This document shows, in pieces, positions 36,587 through 47,000 of a DNA stretch of 64,000 nucleotides. Positions within the stretch are counted from its first letter, which is position 1; each line of letters begins with the position of its first letter. Source of the stretch: a virus. Its lineage: Duplodnaviria > Caudoviricetes. The notes below the pieces were generated by a model. That model searched no databases. It was not told where the DNA came from and was given only the letters and a program-made list of their open reading frames with translations. A program made the translations under genes and the position numbers. The stretch lies in the IMG/VR virus record IMGVR_UViG_3300025713_000650, positions 32,001 to 96,000 of that record. The stretch is one strand, 5' to 3'.

Positions 36587-36630
36587 CCTTTTTTAATTCT
36601 TATTTATGTATTTGTTCTGGGTTCTAAAAC

Positions 36631-36673
36631 AAAAAAAAAGGATTTATCTATTATTAAAGATAAATCCTTTTTT
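36631..36673. terminator. bidirectional terminator
   Basis: AAAAAAGGATTTATCT...AGATAAATCCTTTTTT. Confidence 0.8.
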
Positions 36674-36692
36674 AAATATTTTTTAAGAATTT

Positions 36693-37574
36693 TTAGGCGG
36701 CAATTCTTTGAGATTCGATAAATTCTAACATTCTATTTGGAATAACCATAAATCTTTCAACAATATTTTCAAGAAGAACTTTTGCATTAAGATTACCTTC
36801 ATTTGTTGTAAATTTTGATAATGCCATAAACAAATCCCAACTTGAAATTGAATTGTTATTTTGACGGATTTCATTTATTGAATTGGAAACTAATTCTCTT
36901 CTTTTCTTACCCAATGAATCAATAACATCAAGAATCTGTAATAATGTTTCTTCATTTATTTGTTTTTCCATATTAACTTCGATTAATGACGAAAGATTAC
37001 CTGACATAACTTGAATATAATTGTTAATATTATCGTAAAATGTATTTGAACTTCCTTTAATATGGATTTTATCTATTGTTCCAAAAGATTTTCTCATTGT
37101 TAAGGTATTTGAAATTACATTTTCTCTTAATATTGAAAATCCAAATGAAATTTTTACAAGATGAGTCCCATTATATGAATTGACAATCGTAACCATTGGG
37201 TGAATATCACCATCTCTTGATGGAAAACTGTTGTTTCTTATTATCATTTCATTTAACATCACTGTTAATTTTGGATTAAGATTACATTTTTCAATTATTT
37301 CTGCATTTCCATCATTTAATGATTCAATTACTTCATTAACTATGTTTTCATTACCTTCAAAATGATATAAATGAGATACTATTCCTTGATATTCATATGA
37401 TGGTTCTTCTTCGGGTTTTGCTGTATATAAAGCCAAAATTGGAATTTCTTCTTTAGAATTCTTTGTCTCAACTAATTCATAAAATAATTTTGAATATTTA
37501 TCTCCATATTTAAATGTATCGTTTTCAAAAATAAGACCACTATTTACAAGTCTTTCAATATTTTCAGGAACCAT
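36693..37574 (-). CDS. DUF932-like protein
   Basis: P.VTIVNSYNGT...ISFG and S.WDLF.A motifs. Confidence 0.55.
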   Translation of the reverse strand: MVPENIERLVNSGLIFENDTFKYGDKYSKLFYELVETKNSKEEIPILALYTAKPEEEPSYEYQGIVSHLYHFEGNENIVNEVIESLNDGNAEIIEKCNLNPKLTVMLNEMIIRNNSFPSRDGDIHPMVTIVNSYNGTHLVKISFGFSILRENVISNTLTMRKSFGTIDKIHIKGSSNTFYDNINNYIQVMSGNLSSLIEVNMEKQINEETLLQILDVIDSLGKKRRELVSNSINEIRQNNNSISSWDLFMALSKFTTNEGNLNAKVLLENIVERFMVIPNRMLEFIESQRIAA

Positions 37575-37587
37575 AAATTCTCCTTTT

Positions 37588-38187
37588 TTATCTTATTCTT
37601 CGAGCTTTTGCTCTTAAATAAATATCTCTTCCATCAAAGTTAAAATCTTTTTCAATTGAAATTATTTTAAAGTAATTTTCAGCTTCAATAAAATATTTTA
37701 ATCTATCTTCTGACCATAAACTAAGATGAGGAGATGGTTGATCTGCTAATAATTCATAAGTTAATAAAAGATCCAATGAATGCCAACTTGGATCATTAAT
37801 ATCTTCATCTATTAACATTTTTGCTAATTTATGTGAATCTGGAACAATAATATCTATTTCTCCATTTAATTTCAATGATGTTGCCAACAAATATAAGAAA
37901 TATTGAATATTAGATTTTGAAACATGTTCTAAAAATCTATAAACAGTAATTATATTAAATTTTAAAATAGTTTTTTCTAAAAATTCAAAAATATCAGAAT
38001 TTATAAATATATTATTGTTTTTATTTGATTTATCATTCACGATAAAATCTTCAACTTCATCAATTTTATATTTGCTATAATATCCTAAATCAACATTTAA
38101 TAAATTATATGTTAGATTATATTTATCAACATCAATTGATTTTATTTTTCCTCCGGCTGCATTTAAAACAAGAAATTTACTTTCCAT
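37588..38187 (-). CDS. SAM-dependent methyltransferase-like protein
   Basis: VLN.AGG, NVD, FLEHV, LK..GEIDIIVPD, H...W. Confidence 0.7.
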   Translation of the reverse strand: MESKFLVLNAAGGKIKSIDVDKYNLTYNLLNVDLGYYSKYKIDEVEDFIVNDKSNKNNNIFINSDIFEFLEKTILKFNIITVYRFLEHVSKSNIQYFLYLLATSLKLNGEIDIIVPDSHKLAKMLIDEDINDPSWHSLDLLLTYELLADQPSPHLSLWSEDRLKYFIEAENYFKIISIEKDFNFDGRDIYLRAKARRIR

Positions 38188-38197
38188 ATTTTTCCTC

Positions 38198-38920
38198 TCA
38201 TATGAAATCCATTACTAATCCTTTGACAAAATCGTATAAATAAATTTCTAAATATTTACTTTTTTGAATATCATTTGAATCTATTAAATTAATTGAATTT
38301 TTATTTATTTTTATTTCACCATATTCATAGAAAAATAATCTATAATGTAAATCATCATAAGGAATACAAAATAATTCAATATCATCACTTTGATAAATAT
38401 ATTCTTTAATATTTTCTATTCCTTTAAAAATTTCGATTTTACTAACATAATTAATTTCTAATAACTTTCTATAAATTTCATTTAATTTCTTATATAAATC
38501 TGCAATACCCTTAATTATTAATTCATTTTTATTTGTTAACGCAATAAACTTGGTTTTATCAACTGATATTATCATTTTAGTAAAAATATTTCTTAATTCT
38601 AATGGTAAATAAAGATCTCTATTCTTTAATAATTTATTACTTAAAAAACCATCATATTGTCTTAATATAATGTTATTATCTTTAAGTTCATTTCTTTTGA
38701 TATATTCAGAAATTATATTATTTGTTGTTTCTTTTAAGATATTAGATATTACTTTATTTTGACCCATTAACTTTCCAATTTGGATATTTCTTTTCGTTTT
38801 ATCATTTTTATCTATATTCGATAAATCATATCCTAATGATTTCAAAATATTAAAATGACATGCTGATATATCATATGAATAAATGTCGGTTAAGAAAAAT
38901 TTTTCTGAGTTAATTTTCAT
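38198..38920 (-). CDS. small DNA polymerase-like (palm domain) protein
   Basis: YDISACHFNIL (motif A-like), K.KRNIQIG, ILRQYDGF (motif C-like). Confidence 0.5.
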   Translation of the reverse strand: MKINSEKFFLTDIYSYDISACHFNILKSLGYDLSNIDKNDKTKRNIQIGKLMGQNKVISNILKETTNNIISEYIKRNELKDNNIILRQYDGFLSNKLLKNRDLYLPLELRNIFTKMIISVDKTKFIALTNKNELIIKGIADLYKKLNEIYRKLLEINYVSKIEIFKGIENIKEYIYQSDDIELFCIPYDDLHYRLFFYEYGEIKINKNSINLIDSNDIQKSKYLEIYLYDFVKGLVMDFI

Positions 38921-38930
38921 ATTATTTTTG

Positions 38931-38970
38931 AAAAAGGGATATATCCCTTTTTTCGAGGATATATCCCTTT
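38931..38970. promoter_or_regulatory. tandem palindrome GGATATATCC x2 (terminator or operator)
   Basis: Perfect 20-bp palindrome AAAAGGGATATATCCCTTTT plus a second copy 20 bp away. Confidence 0.45.
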
Positions 38971-38981
38971 ATTTTTTGAAT

Positions 38982-39824
38982 TTAGTTTGAGAAAATCTTT
39001 AAAAGAATATTATCAATTAATAGATGATGGTTAATATCAATTGCATCACTATATTTTTCATTAAAATACTTAATTAAATCTAAATTTGAAGTAATATTTT
39101 CTTGTGTCTTTGAAAATGGCTTATAAAGAAGCATAACATTTTCTTTATTTACATCATTTTCGATAATCGAATCTATGTGATTTGAAATATCTTCAATATT
39201 TTGGGAAAAACCCTCAATATCTACATTTGATATATTTCTATTCTTAATTTTTGTATAAAAATAGGGAATAAAATATTCCCTTGTTTCTTCATTTTCAATA
39301 ATTGTCTTTTTATACATTGCAAAACAATGAATCCCCGAACTAACAATATAACATCTTGTATATATATTATCAGATAAACGAATATTTACTCTAATTGTAC
39401 CATTTCGATAACACATCATATCATCGCTTGCTAAATCTGGAATGATAAACTTTTTTGTATTCTTTAAAAGAAATAATTCTTTGAGATCTGGATTTGTAAG
39501 ATTTATTGACTTTAGAATAATTGTATCTGATTCAATATCAGGCATTTCAAGTCTAATACGCCTGATATTTATAGATTCCCTAGTGATAAACTTTTCAATC
39601 CATTCATATAAATTAATAATGGGGATTGAAATTGTAGATACCTGATCATCTAAAATTTCATTTGTTTCTTGAGTATTTAATTCTTGAGTACTTTCTTCAT
39701 TTTCAATTTCTTCTGATCTTACTTCAATTTCTTCATTAATTTCAGTTTCATCAGAATCTAAATTTTCAACATTGACGTTCTCAATTTCTTCTCTGTATTC
39801 ATTAATTTCCCTGACTAGATTCAT
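38982..39824 (-). CDS. hypothetical protein with acidic N-terminus
   Basis: 280-aa ORF, GGAGG RBS. Confidence 0.7.
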   Translation of the reverse strand: MNLVREINEYREEIENVNVENLDSDETEINEEIEVRSEEIENEESTQELNTQETNEILDDQVSTISIPIINLYEWIEKFITRESINIRRIRLEMPDIESDTIILKSINLTNPDLKELFLLKNTKKFIIPDLASDDMMCYRNGTIRVNIRLSDNIYTRCYIVSSGIHCFAMYKKTIIENEETREYFIPYFYTKIKNRNISNVDIEGFSQNIEDISNHIDSIIENDVNKENVMLLYKPFSKTQENITSNLDLIKYFNEKYSDAIDINHHLLIDNILLKIFSN

Positions 39825-40044
39825 TATTCTCCTCCAATTTTTTTATTGTTATTCTTTTCTTACCTTCATTAATATAAAGTATTTTATAAATCTCATTATT
39901 AATTTTAATATTTTGTTTTAATTTTAAATTTATTTTTTCATTATCATTTAATAATCTAATAGAAAATGTTTTATTTTTTTCATTATAATAACAAACTTCA
40001 TATTCTAAAAGATTAATAATATAAATTTCTTCAATTTTCAACAT
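39802..40044 (-). CDS. hypothetical protein
   Basis: 80-aa ORF, AAGGAG RBS. Confidence 0.55.
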   Translation of the reverse strand: MLKIEEIYIINLLEYEVCYYNEKNKTFSIRLLNDNEKINLKLKQNIKINNEIYKILYINEGKKRITIKKLEENNESSQGN

Positions 40045-40057
40045 AAAAAATACTCCT

Positions 40058-40921
40058 TTAGATGATATTTAATTCATTAAAACCATTTTCGATACCTTTC
40101 CAATTGATTGCAATTGCTTCATGAGTATGAATACTTTCAAAATGAGTGCATTTTACAATCCAATCTAAAATCCGTTTATCATTATCTAAATTATTTGAAA
40201 TATAACGAACTGCATCTTCAACAAACATTGTATTTTCATATGATACTCTTGCAAATTCCTGTTCATCAACTCTTCTAAGAATAGGAACAGGAGATGTTTT
40301 TACCGCATCTTCAACTAATTTTATAATATCTTCTAACCATAAAGTATCATCTAAAATATTTGGTAGAACTAAAACATTAGCATAACTTCTTTGTGCGTGG
40401 GGGTAACCATGTTTATCTGAAAATTCAAGATGATTACATAAAGAAGCACTACATGGACAATAACTTGCATAAGGAACTTTAACTCTTTGTAAAAATCTAA
40501 AAGAATTTTTAATAAGTCTTCCTTCAAAAGAACATTTATAAAACTGAGGGAATTTTAATTTAGTAATTGGAGCTTCCTTTATTATAGGAAAATCAAAATC
40601 AAACCGTATATAACTATCATCTGAATTGGTTTCTACTGCATTTTTAAATTCACTAAGAATATCAATTAATAATCTATGTTTTAATGGTAATTCTAGATAT
40701 TTAATTAAGGTTCTCATTAACATACTCATTGAGATACCTTTTTTATCTGAATCTAAATTTGTAGACATAGAAATATTTGATAGAATTTTTTGATAACCAC
40801 CATTTTTAATTTCTAAAACAATATTTGTCCTTACATTTTCAACACCCACTTGTCTTATTGGAATCTTAAATTCAGGTTCTGTTGTATGTTGAATATCAGG
40901 AAGGTCAGGAACATTTTTCAT
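40058..40921 (-). CDS. folE2: GTP cyclohydrolase I type B
   Basis: LPDIQ, I..VGV, KGISMS, SYCPCS, HAQRS, FVEDAVR, ESIHTHEA. Confidence 0.93.
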   Translation of the reverse strand: MKNVPDLPDIQHTTEPEFKIPIRQVGVENVRTNIVLEIKNGGYQKILSNISMSTNLDSDKKGISMSMLMRTLIKYLELPLKHRLLIDILSEFKNAVETNSDDSYIRFDFDFPIIKEAPITKLKFPQFYKCSFEGRLIKNSFRFLQRVKVPYASYCPCSASLCNHLEFSDKHGYPHAQRSYANVLVLPNILDDTLWLEDIIKLVEDAVKTSPVPILRRVDEQEFARVSYENTMFVEDAVRYISNNLDNDKRILDWIVKCTHFESIHTHEAIAINWKGIENGFNELNII

Positions 40922-40944
40922 TTGCAGTTTTTCTCCTTATATTT

Positions 40945-43900
40945 TTAATCAATACTAATACCAATTGTTTTAAGATAGGCCTCTAATAATTTAACACTTT
41001 CTGGAGTTTGACATTCATCCTTTATTTCTCTTATAAATTCAGATCCAATCGAATCTCGAATATATTTATTTTTTAAATCAATTGAATCTGATTTCGTTGT
41101 TGTCATTTCTGTTAAATTAGTTAGACCCGCATGAGATATAAAACAAAATGTTTCCATTTCACCAGATCTTTGACCACCTTTATTTTTTCTACCACTGGGT
41201 GGTTGCATTGTTTTTCTCATATAAGGACCTATGCCTCTAGCTGCCAAACGTTCTTCAGCTATATGTACCATTCTAAAGAAATACATGTAACCTAATGCAA
41301 CTTTACTTATAATTTTTTGTTTTGATATCTCATCAAAAATATCATATCTAAATTCTGTATTTGTAAATTCACATGCCTTTTTAATTTGATCACAAGTAGA
41401 AGATTCAAAAGGTGGAGCTATAATATAGAAATTTTCTATAAATTTTTCATCTATAATAGAATTATTTAATTCTTCTTTAACTTGTAATGTGTACCAATTA
41501 TCTTTTGTATTATCTAAAATCTTAATATAATCTAAAATATACCCTTTTAACTCATCTTGACTTAATTCTTTATTATTTAACATTTCATTTAATTTAATTT
41601 TAAAATCATTTACAGACATACCCATATGTAATTCAAAAATCTGACCTACGTTCATTCTTGAATATGTTGATAATGGATTTATAATAATATCTACATGTTT
41701 TCCATCTTCTGTTTTGGGCATTAAATCATGGGGTAAAATTTTTGAAATAACACCTTTGTTTCCATGTCTATTTCCAATTTTATCACCTATTTGTATTTTT
41801 CTACTAAAAAATCCACCTATTTTTATATAAATACCATTAATTCTTTCACCTTTAAATTTAAATCTTCCTCGATTATTAAATCTATCTAATCCTTTTTCTC
41901 TAATAACTTCAATTGCTTTTTTCTTTGAAAATAATTTAAAAATTAATTCTTGAATTTTTTTATTATATGATATTTGACTCTCAAACTTTTTATCAACCCA
42001 ATGTCTAAATTGAGGTATTATATTATTATATTCATTTGGATAAATTTCAACATTTGTAATCAAAACATCTTTGTTATAAATTAAAGGAATATTTTCTTCA
42101 AAAATAGATAAATAATTCATTGGATCATTAGGAATATCTTTCATAATAGCATAAGGATTACCTTTTAAAATTAATTCTCTTTTATGTTTTCTATAATATG
42201 CTTTATCTTTTCCTGGCTCTGAAAATTCTATATCGGGATTTGGTTCAGGTAATGGTTTATACCTATTTTCATCTAAACTCAATAATAATTTATCTGGAGG
42301 TAAAACAAATGAAAGATTTGCATAATGAATTGATGTAAACGAATCATCATTTAATAATCTATCTGAAATTACAATTGCGTCTTCATAATTATATCCATAA
42401 AAAGGCATTATCGCAGTAAGAAGATTTTTTCCGATGTTAATGCTTCCATTTTTACAAAAATTACTCTCTGCGATTATATCTCCCTCTGAAACTTTATCAC
42501 CTAATTTAACATATACATGCATAATATCCATATTTTTTACATAAATATGTCTATTATCTATATCAAATATATCATAATCATTATCTTTATATGCAATAAT
42601 TACAAATTTTGAATCTAGATAAATTACTTCTCCATCTTTTTTTGCCCTTTTAATAAATTGGGTCTTATCAGTATATAAATTTTCACAACCAGATTGAATT
42701 AAAGGAACATCAAATTCAGAAAGATTAATAGCCTGTCTCATTTGTGACGCTGACATTTGTAATCTTGTTTGATCATCGTGTTCTAAAAATGGAATCATAG
42801 AAATAGCTACGGATGTTGGATTTTTTTCACATATTTCTTCATTAAAACGCATATTCTCATCATATTTTGTTGAAGGTAATAAACATTGCAATACACCACA
42901 ATTATCTCTATCAGATGTATCTACTGGACATATTCTTCCAAACATACTATCCGATAAATCTCTAAGATAATGTGGTACATTTGCTTTATTAAAACCACCA
43001 GGACCAACTAATGTAATTCTCGATAATTTTGTAAGCTCATCAATAGGATTAATTGAAAAATCAAACTGAACAATATCTGATAAATTACAATTAGCAAGAA
43101 TTTTCTTTGAATTAATATTAAATTTTATTTTTGATTTTCTACTTGATATACATAAATCATAAACATTCTTCATTATTGTTGACAGCACAACATATTCAAA
43201 ACATCTAATTCTTTTATTTGTATAATCTAAATCATCAATACTTTTATTATTTTTTAAAATATCTGTTAATTCATCTAAAACATTATCAAATCTCATAAAT
43301 TTGGAAGTGATAATATCAATTTTAGGGATCAATGATAAAGCATATGCAATAATTTCTCCTGTTTTCTTTTTATCATATTTAGTAAAATATTCACCCAGAT
43401 ATTCTTGATAATCAATATTATCTACATAATATGCATATAAATCAAATAATAATTTTTCATAATCTGTTTGAGGGTTATCATTAATAATATATTCATTTAA
43501 ATTAAATTTATTAACAATATAATCTGAATCAAAAGAAGCAAAATATACTAATGCAAATGGAATTTCTTTACCCATGAATGATAATTTAATATAAGGGTGT
43601 TTTTTTCCAGAAATAATTAAAATTGTTGATAAATTTGATCTAAATTTAATGTTTTTACCTCTTGTTACAATTGGAATATCATATAATTGAAATAATGGAA
43701 TTTTTCTTTTACCTGCAATTGAAAAATAATTACCATCAATTAATTTTGGAATATAAACACTCAAATCAATTTCTTGAGTATTTCTTTTGAATTTTATAAT
43801 GATATTTTTCTTTAAAGTTTTTTCAACTTCAGAAGAAGGTGATTCTTTAATATCAAATTCTGAAAGTATAAGACCAGCATCTTCTGCCGGTCTTAGTATT

Positions 43901-44001
43901 TCTCTAATATTCACCATTAAATTATTATATTCTTTTTCTCGTATATTAAATATATTTTCTTTGTTTTGAATTGAATAATTTGGATTCTTAATTCTCATCA
44001 A
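40945..44001 (-). CDS. phage multisubunit RNA polymerase, beta-like subunit
   Basis: GRICPVDT, IPFLEHDD..RLQM...QMRQA, GYNYEDAIVIS, GDKIGNRHGNKGVIS, NPL...SRMN.GQ, GGQR.GEME. Confidence 0.95.
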   Translation of the reverse strand: MMRIKNPNYSIQNKENIFNIREKEYNNLMVNIREILRPAEDAGLILSEFDIKESPSSEVEKTLKKNIIIKFKRNTQEIDLSVYIPKLIDGNYFSIAGKRKIPLFQLYDIPIVTRGKNIKFRSNLSTILIISGKKHPYIKLSFMGKEIPFALVYFASFDSDYIVNKFNLNEYIINDNPQTDYEKLLFDLYAYYVDNIDYQEYLGEYFTKYDKKKTGEIIAYALSLIPKIDIITSKFMRFDNVLDELTDILKNNKSIDDLDYTNKRIRCFEYVVLSTIMKNVYDLCISSRKSKIKFNINSKKILANCNLSDIVQFDFSINPIDELTKLSRITLVGPGGFNKANVPHYLRDLSDSMFGRICPVDTSDRDNCGVLQCLLPSTKYDENMRFNEEICEKNPTSVAISMIPFLEHDDQTRLQMSASQMRQAINLSEFDVPLIQSGCENLYTDKTQFIKRAKKDGEVIYLDSKFVIIAYKDNDYDIFDIDNRHIYVKNMDIMHVYVKLGDKVSEGDIIAESNFCKNGSINIGKNLLTAIMPFYGYNYEDAIVISDRLLNDDSFTSIHYANLSFVLPPDKLLLSLDENRYKPLPEPNPDIEFSEPGKDKAYYRKHKRELILKGNPYAIMKDIPNDPMNYLSIFEENIPLIYNKDVLITNVEIYPNEYNNIIPQFRHWVDKKFESQISYNKKIQELIFKLFSKKKAIEVIREKGLDRFNNRGRFKFKGERINGIYIKIGGFFSRKIQIGDKIGNRHGNKGVISKILPHDLMPKTEDGKHVDIIINPLSTYSRMNVGQIFELHMGMSVNDFKIKLNEMLNNKELSQDELKGYILDYIKILDNTKDNWYTLQVKEELNNSIIDEKFIENFYIIAPPFESSTCDQIKKACEFTNTEFRYDIFDEISKQKIISKVALGYMYFFRMVHIAEERLAARGIGPYMRKTMQPPSGRKNKGGQRSGEMETFCFISHAGLTNLTEMTTTKSDSIDLKNKYIRDSIGSEFIREIKDECQTPESVKLLEAYLKTIGISID

Positions 44002-44030
44002 ATATCCTCTTTTTTTATTTTTTTATAATT

Positions 44031-47000
44031 TTAAATATTTGTTTTCCTACCTAATAACATATTATCTAAGATACCAGAATATAAACCTTCATTAGATATA
44101 CCCCGTAAAAGATTCTTTTTCTGATTTGAAAATCCAAATCCCAATAACCATGATTCTTTACTTGGAATTGTTAAAATGCTAATAAATTCTGGAGAATAAT
44201 TGTTTCTATCTTTTAATAATCTCCATTTTTTATTACCATACCACATTAATTGAGAAACTACTGATTCAAAATGAACATAATGTATTTCTTTTGAATAATT
44301 ATAAATTTTAAATAATTTTTCAATCAATTCTTCACAATTTAAATCTTTATTTGAATGTAATAATTTAGATACAGATGATAAATCGCTAATAATATCTTCT
44401 TGTAACATATCCTCGCTACCCTTTTTAGTAATAGCTGCTCCCGAGTTATGTATAAATATTCCTGCCTTCAATGCAAAATTAGGATACTCTGAATCAACAG
44501 TTAAATCATAAAATTCTTCATATTCTGGTAAATCTATAAATTGTATATTTTTAACAAATCTATTATTTTTAATAAAATATCTGAATGACATTCGTTCAAT
44601 AAATTTTCCATTTTTGTTTTCTAATTTTGATTTATTTTTTCTATAGATTGGCATTAATTGATCATTAACTTGTAAATCTTTTGCTTCTTTGGAAGTTCCA
44701 TCTTGCATAATAAATTTATGATCTAATGTGCATTCAACTATTTCATCATTATCTAAAGTAACCTTAACCATTCTCTTTTCAAATCTATCTTTATAAGCAT
44801 TCACAATCTTGCTAATATATATGTCTCCTTCTGGAGAACAATTAAATGTATAAAAATCTTCACCATTTTTAACTTTGTCATAAACTTCTTGAATTTCAAA
44901 TGATTTATTATTAATATCTAAAATTCTTGTATTTTTTCTTAAACTCAAATGAAATGTGCGCAAAACTAACTGTGTAGATGCTTCACCTAAACTTTGAGCT
45001 GCAATCATTCCTATAAATGGTGAATGTAATATTTTATGTAAATCACCATAACACCTTTTACAAACCTTTTCACTTTTACAAAAAATAGGACTTCTAATTT
45101 TAATATTTTTACCAATTATATTCTTTAAATTATCATTTGTAATTAATTCTTCATTATCTCCATTTAAATAAAATTTATATAAAAGACATTTTGCCTTTTT
45201 CTCATCTTCAACGAATACATTTAGATAATCTTCAGTCCCACAATCATCAAGATTTGAATCTAATATTAAATTACAACATGCAAATGCAAGCTGTCTTGAT
45301 AAATAACCTGAATCTCCTGTATTTATTGCAACGTCTAAAAGACCTTTTCTGCAGCCATAACTTGAATTGAAAAATTCATATTGAGTTAAACCTTCAACTA
45401 AATTATTTTTAACTGGTGTTTCAATAATTTTTCCTGAAAAATTTGAGATAAATCCTCTTGATAATAATATCTGTCTTACCTGTTCCCATGTTCCTCTAGA
45501 ACCAGAATCTATGACATATGAATACATAAATTTATTTCTTAATTCATTTTCAATTTCTTTACTCGCTAATTCATTTAACTGTTCTCTAGAAGTATTTTTT
45601 GAATAGATTGTTTCTTTCAATTCATCAACATTATCAAGAATTAAACCATCTAAAGATAAAGTTGTTCCATATAATGTTGAATATTTATAACCTATCATTT
45701 TAATATCATCTAAAATCTTAGATGTAATTGTATAATCATATTTATCATTAATATCATTTAATAAATTAATAAGCTTCTTTTTATTAACAGGATCTTTTAT
45801 AATAGGATAATCTTCAGGTAAACATTCATTAAATATTTTTAAACTTTCTGTTATTTGTTCATTTTTATATTCAATCTGTTTATTTAATTCAGGAATCATA
45901 TTATTTGTTAAAATATAAACTCCTAAAATAATATCTTGAGAAGGAGTTGCTGATAGTGATATATTTGCAGGATTATATAAATTCTTAGTAAATAAGAATT
46001 TATCTAAAACTTCTTCTTTTGATTCTTTACTTATTGGTAAATATATTGCCATTTGATCTCCATCAAAATCTGCATTAAATCCCGCACATGCTAATGGATG
46101 AATTTTTATTACTTTATCAGTATTCATTTTAATCTTAAAACCTAATAAACTTAATCTGTGCAAAGAAGGTTGTCTATTTAATAAACAAACTTCATCCTTG
46201 ATTACTTCTTCACAAATAGAAATCAAATTTAATTTATCCATTTCAATACACTCATCTATATAATCAACAGCTTCATTTTGAAGTTTAAAGTGATTATAAT
46301 CTATTAATTTTTTTGAAATTTGTAATTTATATAATTCTAAAATCATTACATAAGGTAATGAACATTCGTCGATATCTATTACAGGATCAGGTGTAATTAT
46401 AGCTCTTCCTGAAAAATCTATCCTTTTACCTAATATATTTCCACGAATCAAACCCTCTTTTTTAGATAATTTATCCAAAATAAATTCATATAATGTATTA
46501 ACTAATTTTTGTAATTGTTTAAAATACATATAATATATTTCTTTTTTATTAAGAATATCTATATTTGTTTCTTCGATTGTTGCTTTATGATTTAAAAGGT
46601 GTGTATAATAACTATTTATTTCATCAGATTTCATTTGATCGTTTTTAGAACGAATTTTTGATGTTGGTCTTAAATCAGGAGGTAAAACTAAAACTTCATT
46701 GATCATTAAACTATCTATATGATCATTAATATATTTCCAATCAGGAATATCTATTAATTCTTCTGATAACCATGTTACTAATTTTATAATAGCCTCTGAT
46801 TTTTCATATTTTTTAAATTTTTCTGGAGGCCATTTTTCGTCATTTTCTTCAACTACAAAATGATTATTTTCTTCGTCAACATATAATGATGATTTTTCAT
46901 TTTTAATTAACAAATCTAATGGCTTTTTTATTTCACTTTTTCCTAATGAAACTAATAAATCATAAAAAATAGGATTTACAACAGGAATAGGTAAAATAAT

